Positions 1-9,837 of a stretch of 32,583 nt of DNA are shown here, piece after piece. The notes below the pieces were generated by a model. It saw only the letters and a list, made by a program, of their open reading frames with translations. It searched no databases and had not been told where the DNA came from. The position numbers and the translations under genes were made by a program. Each line of letters opens with the position of its first letter. The first letter of the stretch is position 1. Origin of the DNA: a virus (taxonomy: Duplodnaviria > Caudoviricetes); IMG/VR virus record IMGVR_UViG_3300024180_000019, positions 1 through 32,583 of that record; one strand, written 5' to 3'.

Positions 1-1665
1 GGTGCATCATTAAAAGATTATATTAATGACAAAGGTTCATGGAAATTTTTAGAAGAGTATAAAACTTTTTTAAATGAACATACTGCTTGGTATAGGCCTA
101 GTAATCCAGAAAAAGTGTTATTGTGGCAACAGCAAATTGAAGTTAAGATAAATAATAGAAAGACGTCAAGAGGTCTCAAATCAAAAATACAAGGAGCATC
201 GTTTGAAAAGAATGCTACTACAGGGGTAGGTGGTCCATGTACATATTTCTTTCATGAAGAAGCAGGAATTGCAAAAAACATGATGCAGACGTATGAGTAT
301 TTACGTCCTGCAATGTCTTCAGGTATGATGACTACCGGTCAATTTATTGCAGCAGGATCAGTTGGTGACCTTGAGCAATGCGGACCTTTAAAAGAAATGA
401 TACTAAATCCTAATGCAAATGACATATATTCTGTAGAAACTAACTTAATGGATGCTGATGGTACCATTGGTATGGCTGGGTTATTTATTCCTGAGCAATG
501 GTCTATGCCTCCTTATATTGATAAGTTTGGTAATTCACTTGTAGAAGAAGCAATAGAAGCAATAAAAATAGAAAGGTCTAAATGGAAAAATGAATTAAGT
601 GGTGAGCAATTCCAACTTAGAATATCACAAAAGCCTCTAAATATTTCAGAGGCATTTGCATATAGAAAAGAGTCTATATTTCCGCAAGGTATATTAAGTA
701 AGCAACTTAAAAAAATTGAGGAAAAAGAGTATCCTTATGAGCTAATTGAATTAGACAGAGATAACACAGGCATAAAAGCTAAACGAACAAGGAAGATACC
801 TATATCTACGTTTCCTGTTAATAAAAAAGAAATAGATAAAACTGGTTCTATAGTAGTTTGGGAAAGACCAGTAAAAAAGCCTTCGTTTGGAATGTACTAT
901 GGCTCTATTGATCCAGTATCAGAAGGTAAGACTACTACTTCAGATTCTTTGTGTAGTATTTTCATATATAAAAATGCAGTGGAAGTAACTAGAACTACAG
1001 TTTCTGGTGAGGTAGAGCAATTTATAGAAAAGGATAAGATTGTTGCTGCATGGTGTGGACGTTTTGATGATATAAATAAAACACATGAAAGATTAGAGAT
1101 GATCATTGAATGGTATAATGCATGGACAATTGTTGAGAATAACATATCCTTATTTATACAACACATGATTGCAAAAAGAAAGCAACGATATCTTGTTCCT
1201 AAACAGCAGATACTTTTTTTAAAAGATCTAGGTTCAAATAAAACAGTATACCAAGAGTATGGATGGAAGAATACAGGTACTTTATTTAAAAGTCATCTTA
1301 TATCATATGCTATAGAGTTTTTAAGAGAGGTAATAGATGAAGATCTTGATGAGAATGGAAACGTTATGACTAACACATTAGGTATAGAAAGAATACCAGA
1401 CCCTATGCTATTAAAAGAAATGCTAGCTTATTATCCAGGTTTAAACGTGGATAGATTAGTAGCATTTGGCGCATTAGTTGCATTTGTTAGAATTCAACAA
1501 TCAAATAGAGGTTATACTAAGAGACGTGAATCAGAAGACAATTCTTTGGTTAATTCAGAAAAATTCAGTAAATTAAAGTATAGTGGTCCTTTTAGAAATA
1601 TAGGTCGTAATAAGGCTTTTGGTAGTTCTAAAAAAAGAAGATCTGGATTTAAAAATATAAAATAG
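1..1665 (+). CDS. terL: Terminase large subunit, 5'-truncated by the window edge
   Basis: Frame 1 is open from base 1 (GASLKDYINDKGSWKFLEEY...), so the track start at 115 is not the true start. Walker-B-like YFFHEEAG, RNase-H-type nuclease motifs YYGSIDPVSEG, IVENN and NVDRLVAF. Lies directly upstream of a portal-sized gene. Confidence 0.9.
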   Translation, partial: GASLKDYINDKGSWKFLEEYKTFLNEHTAWYRPSNPEKVLLWQQQIEVKINNRKTSRGLKSKIQGASFEKNATTGVGGPCTYFFHEEAGIAKNMMQTYEYLRPAMSSGMMTTGQFIAAGSVGDLEQCGPLKEMILNPNANDIYSVETNLMDADGTIGMAGLFIPEQWSMPPYIDKFGNSLVEEAIEAIKIERSKWKNELSGEQFQLRISQKPLNISEAFAYRKESIFPQGILSKQLKKIEEKEYPYELIELDRDNTGIKAKRTRKIPISTFPVNKKEIDKTGSIVVWERPVKKPSFGMYYGSIDPVSEGKTTTSDSLCSIFIYKNAVEVTRTTVSGEVEQFIEKDKIVAAWCGRFDDINKTHERLEMIIEWYNAWTIVENNISLFIQHMIAKRKQRYLVPKQQILFLKDLGSNKTVYQEYGWKNTGTLFKSHLISYAIEFLREVIDEDLDENGNVMTNTLGIERIPDPMLLKEMLAYYPGLNVDRLVAFGALVAFVRIQQSNRGYTKRRESEDNSLVNSEKFSKLKYSGPFRNIGRNKAFGSSKKRRSGFKNIK

Positions 1666-1676
1666 ACTAAATTGGT

Positions 1677-4427
1677 ATGAGAGTATTAAATGCAATGCAA
1701 TTAAAGGGTGGGGCTAAATCTGATGGTGGACCTACCTTTTCTAGTTTAACACAACCAGTTCAGTTTTTACCTTATAAAGAGAAAACTGATGATTGGGCTG
1801 CTTGGAATCTAGATTGGTTAGAATTACAAGGTATAGAATTCTTAAAGCTTAATTCAAGACGTTTGCTAAAAAATTACAAATTAGCAAAAGGAATCATTGA
1901 CAAAACAGATTATATAGTTGAGCCAGATAATGACTATAAAGACTTAATGGATGTTTTAACTACAGAGAATGATTCTGCATTAGAGTTAAAGTTTTATCCT
2001 ATTGTTCCAAATGTAATTAATGTATTAACAGGTGAGTTTGCTAAAAGATACTCTAGAGTACAGTTTAGAGCAATAGATGATGCATCTTATAATGAAATGC
2101 TTGATGCTAAAAAAGTTGAGATTGAAGAATCATTACTGGCTGATGCAGAAGCAAATCTAATACGCAAGATGATTGACATGGGTATGGATCCTGGATCTGA
2201 AGAAGCTCAGCAAAAATTATCACCAGAAGGATTAAAGTCATTACCTGAGATAGAAGATTTTTTTAGTAAGTCTTATAGAAGCATGGTAGAAGAATGGGCA
2301 TCTCATCAACTTGCAGTAGATGAAGAAAGATTTAAAATGCAAGAGCTTGAAGAAAGAGGGTTTAGAGATATGCTTATAGCAGATAGAGAATTTTGGCATT
2401 TTAGAATGCTAGAAGATGATTATGATGTAGAGCTTTGGAATCCTTTATTAACTTTCTACCAGAAGTCTCCTGATCAAAGGTATATAGCTGACTCAAGCTA
2501 TGTAGGTAAAGTTGATTTAATGACTGTATCAGACGTTGTAGATAAGTATGGATACTTAATGGATACTAGTCAACTAGAGTCATTACAAAAAATTTATCCA
2601 GCTAAATCAGCTCAATATCAAGTAAATGGTTACCAAAATGATGGTGCTTACTATGACGCAACTAGATCTCATGAGTGGAATACTAATAGCCCAGGTTTAG
2701 CATATAGACAGTTTACTAGTAACTACTGGAACGATCCAGCAGGAGGTGGTGATATTCTTAGTCAAATATTAGATGAGAATGAAGATGTATCTATGTGGGG
2801 TGAAGGAGATCTAATGAGAATAGCTACTATATACTGGAAGACTCAAAGGAAGGTTGGTCACTTAACTAAAATTGAAGAAGATGGCGAGGTAACACAGGAA
2901 ATTATAGATGAAACATTTAAGAAGACTAAAAAGGCTATATATGATACATCTATATTTAAACAAAAAAGTAAAGAAAACTTATTACAAGGTGAGCACATAG
3001 ATTGGATATGGATTAATGAAGTATGGGGAGGTGTAAAGATTGGTCCAAATTTACCTGCAATGTGGAGGTCTACAATGGGTGATAATATTAATCCTATTTA
3101 TTTAGGTATTAACAGGACTAAACCTGGAAGACTTCCCTTTCAGTTTAAAGGTGATAATTCTTTATATGGTTGTAAATTACCTGTAGAGGGTAGAGTTTTT
3201 TCAGATAGAAATACTAGATCTACATCTTTAGTTGATTTAATGAAGGCTTATCAGGTTGGATATAACATGGTCAATAATCAAATTGCAGATATCTTAATAG
3301 ATGAACTAGGTACTGTAATAATGTTTGATCAGAATGCATTACCACGTCACTCAATGGGTGAAGATTGGGGTAAAAATAACTATGCTAAAGCATTTGTAGC
3401 AATGAAAGATTTTCAAATGCTACCGCTTGATACATCTATAACCAATACTGAAAATGCAACTAACTTTAATCATTACCAGACTCTTAATATGGAGCAGACT
3501 AATAGATTAATGTCTAGGATTCAACTTGCTAATTATTTTAAACAACAGTGTTTTGATGCAATAGGTATAAACCCACAACGTCTTGGAGGGGCTGTATCAG
3601 CACAAACGGCTACGGGTGTAGTACAAGCAATGCAGCAATCATATGCACAGACAGAGATGTATTTTGTACAGCATTCTGATCATTTGATGCCACGTGTGCA
3701 TCAGATGAGAACTGATTTAGCTCAGTATTACTATAGTACTAATCCAAGTATTAGATTGCAGTATATATCTACAGAAGCTGAAAAAGTTAATTTTACTATT
3801 AACGGTACAGATTTATTACTTAGAGATTTTAATGTATTTGCTACTACTAAAACTAATCATAGAGCAATATTAGAAAATCTAAAGCAAATGGCATTAACTA
3901 ATAATACTACTGGCGCAAGTATATACGAGCTAGGTAATATAGTTAAAGCTACTTCAATTGCAGAAGTATCTGACATACTTAAAGACTCTGAAACTAGAAT
4001 ACAAAATCAAAGACAACAAGAAATGCAACAGCAACGTCAGATGCAAGAACAGCAACTTCAATCTAAAGCGCAAGAAGAGCAGCAAAAATTACAAGTTGAA
4101 ATGTCTGAAAATGAAAAAGATAGGAGAAATGATGTACTGTTAGCTGAAATAAGAGCTGCTGGATTTGGATCTCAATCTGATATTAATCAGAATCAAGAAT
4201 CTGATTATCAAGATGCTATGAAGAACATAAGAGAATCTACTCAGTATAGAGAGCAAATGAATTTTAAACGCCAGGAAAGTGCAACTAAATTTTCTCAAGA
4301 AAATAACAAACTTGCTGTTGAAAGGGAAAAGATTGCAGCCTCTAAACAGATAGCTGATACCAAGCTTCAAATTGCAAGAGAAAATAAAAACAAGTATGAT
4401 ATTAAAAATAATAAGGATAAAAAGTAA
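1677..4427 (+). CDS. Portal protein (crAss-like, 916 aa)
   Basis: Follows terL. Has YPIVPNVINVLTGE, SLVDLMKAYQVGYN and GINPQRLG segments, as I recall from crAss-like portals, and a long Q/E-rich coiled-coil C-terminus typical of podovirus portal barrels. Confidence 0.85.
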   Translation: MRVLNAMQLKGGAKSDGGPTFSSLTQPVQFLPYKEKTDDWAAWNLDWLELQGIEFLKLNSRRLLKNYKLAKGIIDKTDYIVEPDNDYKDLMDVLTTENDSALELKFYPIVPNVINVLTGEFAKRYSRVQFRAIDDASYNEMLDAKKVEIEESLLADAEANLIRKMIDMGMDPGSEEAQQKLSPEGLKSLPEIEDFFSKSYRSMVEEWASHQLAVDEERFKMQELEERGFRDMLIADREFWHFRMLEDDYDVELWNPLLTFYQKSPDQRYIADSSYVGKVDLMTVSDVVDKYGYLMDTSQLESLQKIYPAKSAQYQVNGYQNDGAYYDATRSHEWNTNSPGLAYRQFTSNYWNDPAGGGDILSQILDENEDVSMWGEGDLMRIATIYWKTQRKVGHLTKIEEDGEVTQEIIDETFKKTKKAIYDTSIFKQKSKENLLQGEHIDWIWINEVWGGVKIGPNLPAMWRSTMGDNINPIYLGINRTKPGRLPFQFKGDNSLYGCKLPVEGRVFSDRNTRSTSLVDLMKAYQVGYNMVNNQIADILIDELGTVIMFDQNALPRHSMGEDWGKNNYAKAFVAMKDFQMLPLDTSITNTENATNFNHYQTLNMEQTNRLMSRIQLANYFKQQCFDAIGINPQRLGGAVSAQTATGVVQAMQQSYAQTEMYFVQHSDHLMPRVHQMRTDLAQYYYSTNPSIRLQYISTEAEKVNFTINGTDLLLRDFNVFATTKTNHRAILENLKQMALTNNTTGASIYELGNIVKATSIAEVSDILKDSETRIQNQRQQEMQQQRQMQEQQLQSKAQEEQQKLQVEMSENEKDRRNDVLLAEIRAAGFGSQSDINQNQESDYQDAMKNIRESTQYREQMNFKRQESATKFSQENNKLAVEREKIAASKQIADTKLQIARENKNKYDIKNNKDKK

Positions 4428-4504
4428 GTGTTAGCTATATATTGCTTAAAAGTTTATTTTTATTAAAATATTTTAAGTTTAACTTGTTGATTATCTAAAC
4501 AACA

Positions 4505-4517
4505 TTTCTTATATTAT
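4505..4517 (+). promoter_or_regulatory. Putative phage promoter motif (TTTCTTATATTAT)
   Basis: Copy of the T-tract + TATATTAT motif that recurs in five intergenic gaps; about 40 nt upstream of ATG 4557. Confidence 0.5.
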
Positions 4518-4556
4518 ATGTATAAGAAGTATTAATATATTAAAACCAATATAATT

Positions 4557-5861
4557 ATGAGTACAACAACAGAAACACAACCTGTGAAAAGTAAAGTAGA
4601 ACAGAATGTAGATATTAATTTAGATGAAATATTTAACGCTGCTCCAAGCGGTGCTGATATGATTCAAGATAATAAGTCTCAACATAAAAATATTTTTTCA
4701 GGGTTAAATGAAAAAGCAGATATGTCATTTGCTGATCCTGATAATGATGACGCAACTGATGTTTTAAGTAAACTAGAGGAAAAAGAAGAAAAAGAGGAAG
4801 AAAGTAATGAAGAGTTAGTTGACGATAAAGCAGAGAAAAAAGTTGAAGGAACATCTATAGATGAAGTATTTGGTGATGTTAGTGAAGAACAGGAAGAAGA
4901 GGTTAAAGAAAAAAGAGGTAGAAAGAGTATATCAGGAATATCTGATGTGTTTTCTAAGCTTATTAAAGATGACAAGATTGTACCATTTGATGATGAAAAA
5001 TCATTAGATGACTATAGTGCAAAAGACTGGGAAGAACTAATTGAAGCTAACTTAGAAGAAAAAGCTAATCAGGTAAGACGTGAAACTCCAAAACAGTTTT
5101 TTGAAAGTTTACCTCAAGAACTTCAGATAGCGGCTCGTTATGTAGCTGATGGTGGAAAAGACTTAAAAGGTTTATTTACTACATTAGGTCAAGTAGAAGA
5201 GACAAAGACTATTGATATTAAAACAGTAAATGGTCAAGAAAGAGTTATAAAAGAATATTTAAGTGCTACTGGTTATGGTACTGCTGAGGATATTCAAGAA
5301 GAAATAGAAATTTGGAAAGATTTAGGTAAGCTTGAAACTCAAGCTAATAAGTTTAAACCAAAATTAGATAAGATGCAAGAGAAGGTTGTTGTACAAAAAC
5401 TTGAAGAACAAGAGCTTAAAAAGAAACAACAAGAAAATGCATCTCAAGAGTATATGAAGAATGTGTATGAAACATTAAAAGAAGGTAAGCTAGGGGATAT
5501 TAAAGTTGATAGAAAGACACAAGCCATGTTATACAATGGTTTAGTTCAACCTAATTATCCTTCAGTAAGTGGCCGTAATACTAATTTACTAGGTCACTTA
5601 TTAGAAAAATATCAGTTTGTTGAGCCAAACTATTCATTGATATCAGAAGCATTATGGTTACTGCAAGATCCTGAAGGATATAAATCTAAAATAATGGATA
5701 AAGGCGCACAAAAGAGTGTTGAAAAAACTGTTAGAAAATTAAAAAGTGAACAGTCAAATATAGGTGGTGCATCATTAGGTGTTAATGAGGCAGAGAAAAA
5801 TAATAGCAGAAGTTCAAAAAGAAAAATCAAAAGACCAAGTAATATATTCAAGCGGATTTAA
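4557..5861 (+). CDS. Acidic coiled-coil protein, probable capsid scaffolding/assembly protein
   Basis: Very D/E-rich disordered N-terminus and helical C-terminal half, located between portal and major capsid genes. Function is inferred from position and composition. Confidence 0.6.
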   Translation: MSTTTETQPVKSKVEQNVDINLDEIFNAAPSGADMIQDNKSQHKNIFSGLNEKADMSFADPDNDDATDVLSKLEEKEEKEEESNEELVDDKAEKKVEGTSIDEVFGDVSEEQEEEVKEKRGRKSISGISDVFSKLIKDDKIVPFDDEKSLDDYSAKDWEELIEANLEEKANQVRRETPKQFFESLPQELQIAARYVADGGKDLKGLFTTLGQVEETKTIDIKTVNGQERVIKEYLSATGYGTAEDIQEEIEIWKDLGKLETQANKFKPKLDKMQEKVVVQKLEEQELKKKQQENASQEYMKNVYETLKEGKLGDIKVDRKTQAMLYNGLVQPNYPSVSGRNTNLLGHLLEKYQFVEPNYSLISEALWLLQDPEGYKSKIMDKGAQKSVEKTVRKLKSEQSNIGGASLGVNEAEKNNSRSSKRKIKRPSNIFKRI

Positions 5862-5922
5862 TTAAACAGATTAAATATATAAATTTTAAATTAATTATTA
5901 ATAACAAAAACAATCAAAAATT

Positions 5923-7542
5923 ATGGCAACTCCAGTTTTAAATAATGGGATTTTCCTACGTGATACAAGCTATAAAGCTAGTTCACATGTTGATTCTTAT
6001 CACCTTACTCAAATGCTCGGTAACCCTGAGCCTATGGATATGGGACCAGTTGATTTATGGGCAATGACTCAGAAGGTAGAAATGCCTTTATATCAAATGG
6101 CTTCTTTTGGTGGAAAGAATACTATCATGGTGGATAACGCTAGAGGTGAGTATAAGTGGCAAACTCCTATTGCACAAGATCTTCCTTATGTTGTAGCTGA
6201 CATCGAACCAGCTAATGCTAATAAAGGTATAGATGGTACAACATTTAAGATCAAGATTAACAAAAGAACTTTTGGACACGGTGACATTATTACTTATGAT
6301 AAGTATAATGGACTTGAACTTTACATTACCGCTGATGATATTTTACCAGCTGGTGACGGTTTTATTTACACTGTTCAATTAGTTAACAACAACAATACGG
6401 CTATCTTAGATAATAAGTATTTAGCTAAAGGTACTAAGTTCTTCAGAAAAGGTTCTGCAAGAGGTGAGTACGGAGAAAGATTCTCTGATATTGAAACAGG
6501 TTCTGGTTTCCGTGAATTTTACAATTTTGTAGGAGGAGCAGAAGCACACGTACACTATTCAATTTCTTCAAGAGCAGATTTAATGATCAAAGGCGGTTTA
6601 AATGCTGATGGTACTGTACCTGTAACTGAGATCTGGAGAAACTTTAATACAGATCCAAACAATCCATCTGTACCTAGTATTGAAGGATTAGTTGCAAGTA
6701 TGGGTAAGGCGGGTGCTAGAGAGGCATTTGAGAATGGAACTCTTACAAGAACTTTCATTACAAATATGGAAGCTGCTCACTTATCTAAAATTGCTACAGA
6801 TATTGAAACTTACTTGATGTGGGGTAAGGGTGGTAGAATTAAACAAGATGGACCAGATGATATTAGATTATCTGTAGGTTTATGGTCACAGTTAGATAAC
6901 TCTTTCAAAAGAGTATATAACAAGTCATCATTTACTCTTGACATGTTTAAGTCTGAACTTTACAACTTCTACCAAGGTAAAGTTGAGTTTAAAGGGCCAG
7001 ATCCACAAAGATCACTTGTTGTACAAACAGGTATTGGAGGTATGCAATTAATCAACAAAGCAATTGCTGATGAAGTGTATGGTTCAGGTTTAGTTCAAAA
7101 TGCATCTGATATTGGAGCTGTTAAAGGTTCTGGTATGGATTTAGATTATGGTTTTGCTTATACAAGCTTTACTATTCCTTTCTTAGCTAATGTTAAGTTT
7201 GTATTGAATCCAGCATTTGATAACTTAAATACAAATGATATTGAGAATCCATTAATTGATGGTAGACCTCTAAGTTCATTTAGCTTTATTATATTCGATG
7301 TAACTGATGAAGGAAATGACAACATACACTTGTTGAAACTTTCTTGGGATAATCAACTTAAGTGGTTCTATCAAAATGGTACGATGGATTACATGGGAAG
7401 AACTCAAGGGTTTGCTTCTACTGGTCAGTTTAATGGATATAGAGTTTATATGACTCAGACGATGCCTGCAATTTGGGTTAAGGATCCAACTAAAGTTCTT
7501 AAAATTGTAATGAGAAACCCTGTAACAGGAGGATCATTCTAG
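5923..7542 (+). CDS. Major capsid protein (crAss-like, 539 aa)
   Basis: Size and position fit. Motifs GEYKWQ, ETYLMWGKGG, VGLWSQL, GFAYTSFTIP, FIIFD and IWVKDPTK resemble crAss-like HK97-fold MCPs. Followed by a strong terminator. Confidence 0.88.
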   Translation: MATPVLNNGIFLRDTSYKASSHVDSYHLTQMLGNPEPMDMGPVDLWAMTQKVEMPLYQMASFGGKNTIMVDNARGEYKWQTPIAQDLPYVVADIEPANANKGIDGTTFKIKINKRTFGHGDIITYDKYNGLELYITADDILPAGDGFIYTVQLVNNNNTAILDNKYLAKGTKFFRKGSARGEYGERFSDIETGSGFREFYNFVGGAEAHVHYSISSRADLMIKGGLNADGTVPVTEIWRNFNTDPNNPSVPSIEGLVASMGKAGAREAFENGTLTRTFITNMEAAHLSKIATDIETYLMWGKGGRIKQDGPDDIRLSVGLWSQLDNSFKRVYNKSSFTLDMFKSELYNFYQGKVEFKGPDPQRSLVVQTGIGGMQLINKAIADEVYGSGLVQNASDIGAVKGSGMDLDYGFAYTSFTIPFLANVKFVLNPAFDNLNTNDIENPLIDGRPLSSFSFIIFDVTDEGNDNIHLLKLSWDNQLKWFYQNGTMDYMGRTQGFASTGQFNGYRVYMTQTMPAIWVKDPTKVLKIVMRNPVTGGSF

Positions 7543-7553
7543 AACAAATGATT

Positions 7554-7588
7554 AAAGGGGAGGGGTTAATCTTCCTCCCTTTTTTTTT
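7554..7588 (+). terminator. Intrinsic terminator after major capsid gene
   Basis: GGGAGG...CCTCCC stem followed by 9 T. Confidence 0.85.
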
Positions 7589-7608
7589 AATCTTTAAAAC
7601 AAATAATC

Positions 7609-7857
7609 ATGGGAAAGCCCAAGCAAGTAAATAAATTAAGTCAGAAGTTTGAAAGCGCTGCATATGAAGGAGTAACAAGAGCTCAAACAGGCAATGCTAG
7701 ATTATTACATGTAAATGAAGTTATCAGTTGGATTAGAGATCTTGCTGATTCTACTACATATACTGATGAAGCTGCTGCAAAAGCTGATGGATTAGTAAAG
7801 GGAGATCTTTATATTCAAACTGGTAATGGAGCAATTAATGTTGTATTGACAACATAG
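7609..7857 (+). CDS. Small hypothetical protein (82 aa), possible head decoration/fibre
   Basis: Clean ORF with A-rich leader. C-terminal YTDEAAAKADGLVKGDLY resembles a short motif seen in phage fibre-type proteins. Confidence 0.55.
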   Translation: MGKPKQVNKLSQKFESAAYEGVTRAQTGNARLLHVNEVISWIRDLADSTTYTDEAAAKADGLVKGDLYIQTGNGAINVVLTT

Positions 7858-7974
7858 TCAAAAGACTTTAGCAAGACTTAACATCTTGCTTTAGAAATAT
7901 TAGTAATAATAGAGTATACATTAAGATGTATAATTTGACTATAGTAATAATTATTAATTTTTAAAAACCAAAGG

Positions 7975-8994
7975 ATGGAAGATTACACAATTGTAGAAAA
8001 GTATCAACACACAAAGAAGAATAGCACTATTGCTATAAGACCCTATTTTAATCCTGATAAGGAAAATATGGGTCTTGAGCATTATGGTTTATCATTACAT
8101 GATGGAGTGTTTCATCAAGAGTCTTTAGCTTGTTTAGAAATGAATGGGGTAAAAAGGTATATTACTGGATTAAATGAATTTGATCCTAAAGTAAAAATGT
8201 TACCACCTAAAGAAAAGAAAAAAAAGATTGAAGAAATTAGAAGGGTTGTTTCAGAACTTGAGGCAGAGTTAGCTGCTAATGTTGTTGATCCTTCTGATAA
8301 AGATTTTTGGAATAAACTAACTGTAATGAAACCTGATAATTCTAAATTTTGGGATAAGATTTCATTAAGATGTGGAAACGATCCAGTTTTTTTAGATTCT
8401 GAAGTAGATCCTTATGATAAGATTAAGCTATATGCTATAAGAGCAGGAGGATTTTCTATTGTTGCTAGTTCATTGAAGGATGCTAAGAAGTCACAAAATA
8501 ATCCTAAATTTTATTTAGATACTGTTGAAGAAACACTTACAACAAGAACTGAGCTTACTAAGTTAAAAAATAAAGCTTTATCAGCACTACAAAATCTATA
8601 TGATGGCAACCCTACAAAATTAATGTATGTAGCTAAAGTAGCTGATGTTGACAGTGTACAGTATACTAAAAATACTCCTAATGATATAATGTATGAAAAT
8701 ATGGATGCATACATAAATGGTAATGGGGCTGAGTCAAATAAAAAAAGAGCTGCAAGACAGTTTTTAGATGTTTCTAGTTTAGAAATGCAAGAGTTAAAAA
8801 TTAGATCTTTAATTAAAGACGGACTATACTATAGATTTATAACAACAAAAGCTGGTGGATGGATTGAACCTATTGACAGTGGTGTTAGAATGGGTAAAAG
8901 ACCATCAGAAGTTTTTGAATTTTTAATGAAGCCTGATAATGAAGATCAACTTCTTTCATTAATGGATAAAGTTGAACCATACTGGAATTCATAA
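7975..8994 (+). CDS. Conserved hypothetical protein of the crAss-like capsid module (339 aa)
   Basis: Long ORF in the slot after the MCP, where crAss-like phages carry a conserved gene of unknown function. Charged and helical. Confidence 0.6.
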   Translation: MEDYTIVEKYQHTKKNSTIAIRPYFNPDKENMGLEHYGLSLHDGVFHQESLACLEMNGVKRYITGLNEFDPKVKMLPPKEKKKKIEEIRRVVSELEAELAANVVDPSDKDFWNKLTVMKPDNSKFWDKISLRCGNDPVFLDSEVDPYDKIKLYAIRAGGFSIVASSLKDAKKSQNNPKFYLDTVEETLTTRTELTKLKNKALSALQNLYDGNPTKLMYVAKVADVDSVQYTKNTPNDIMYENMDAYINGNGAESNKKRAARQFLDVSSLEMQELKIRSLIKDGLYYRFITTKAGGWIEPIDSGVRMGKRPSEVFEFLMKPDNEDQLLSLMDKVEPYWNS

Positions 8995-9006
8995 ATATTA
9001 TAAATA

Positions 9007-9711
9007 ATGGAAAATAATACACTCTTAATTAAATTAAAGCAAAGGCTTAATAAGCTTGATAGCAATGACTATGATAATATTGAGTGTTGGCAGTTTGTTG
9101 AAGCTTTTAATAAAGCTCAAATTGAGTGGTGTAGGAGAAACTTACATGGTGGAAACATGTATAAAGAGGGTGATGAGCTTTCTAAAAAAAGAATAGATGA
9201 TTTACAACCATTACTTAGAGAGTTAAGCCTAACGGGTGTTGAGTCTGATGACTACTTTGAATCTGACAATTTTCCAGTAGATACATATTTAGAATTTAAA
9301 AAGGTAACTGCTAAAGGAAAAGATGATTGTTGTTCTGCTAGATCTATGACAGTTTATTTAGCTGAAGAAGCTAATGTTTCATTATTATTAAGAGACCCTT
9401 TGAAAAATCCAAATTTTGATTGGGGGGAAACATTTTGCACAATGTTAAACAATACTATAAGGATATATAGAACTAGTAATTTTAATATTGTTAACCCTAC
9501 TTTAACTTACTATCAGAAACCTACTTTAATACAAGTTGAGGGATGTGTTGATCCTTATACAGGTAATATTAGTTTAGTAAATGTAAATTGTGAATTTAAA
9601 GATGATTTAGTAGAAGTTATGTTAGATGATACAGCTGCTTTAATTGCTGGAGATATAGAAAATATATACCAACAGCAAAGAGGTACTCAAGCAGCAGAAA
9701 GAAATAATTAA
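9007..9711 (+). CDS. Probable tail ring / head-tail adaptor protein (234 aa)
   Basis: N-terminal LNKLDSN...FNKAQ helix, KRIDDLQPL, LTYYQKP and a C-terminal helix resemble crAss-like ring proteins; synteny agrees. Confidence 0.6.
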   Translation: MENNTLLIKLKQRLNKLDSNDYDNIECWQFVEAFNKAQIEWCRRNLHGGNMYKEGDELSKKRIDDLQPLLRELSLTGVESDDYFESDNFPVDTYLEFKKVTAKGKDDCCSARSMTVYLAEEANVSLLLRDPLKNPNFDWGETFCTMLNNTIRIYRTSNFNIVNPTLTYYQKPTLIQVEGCVDPYTGNISLVNVNCEFKDDLVEVMLDDTAALIAGDIENIYQQQRGTQAAERNN

Positions 9712-9732
9712 CTTATACTTTTAAATAAAAAA

Positions 9733-9744
9733 TGTGTATATTAT
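9733..9744 (+). promoter_or_regulatory. Putative phage promoter motif (TGTGTATATTAT)
   Basis: Copy of the recurring intergenic motif, about 95 nt upstream of ATG 9838. Confidence 0.5.
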
Positions 9745-9837
9745 TATAGTAACAAGGATGTTACAAGCAGAGTAAACTGTTAAAATCTTTATATATAACC
9801 GGTGAAGGTAATGGTCTTCACATAAATATTAATAAAT

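Noticed and set aside
115-117. GTG start of the terminase ORF given in the track
   Set aside because: The frame is open back to base 1 and the Walker A region is missing, so the real start lies upstream of the window.
4000-4110. Gln-rich CAA/CAG run as a separate repeat element
   Set aside because: Ordinary low-complexity coiled coil within the portal C-terminus.
1-7542. Introns or inteins in terminase, portal or capsid genes
   Set aside because: The ORFs are uninterrupted and of expected size, with no visible homing-endonuclease or intein motifs.
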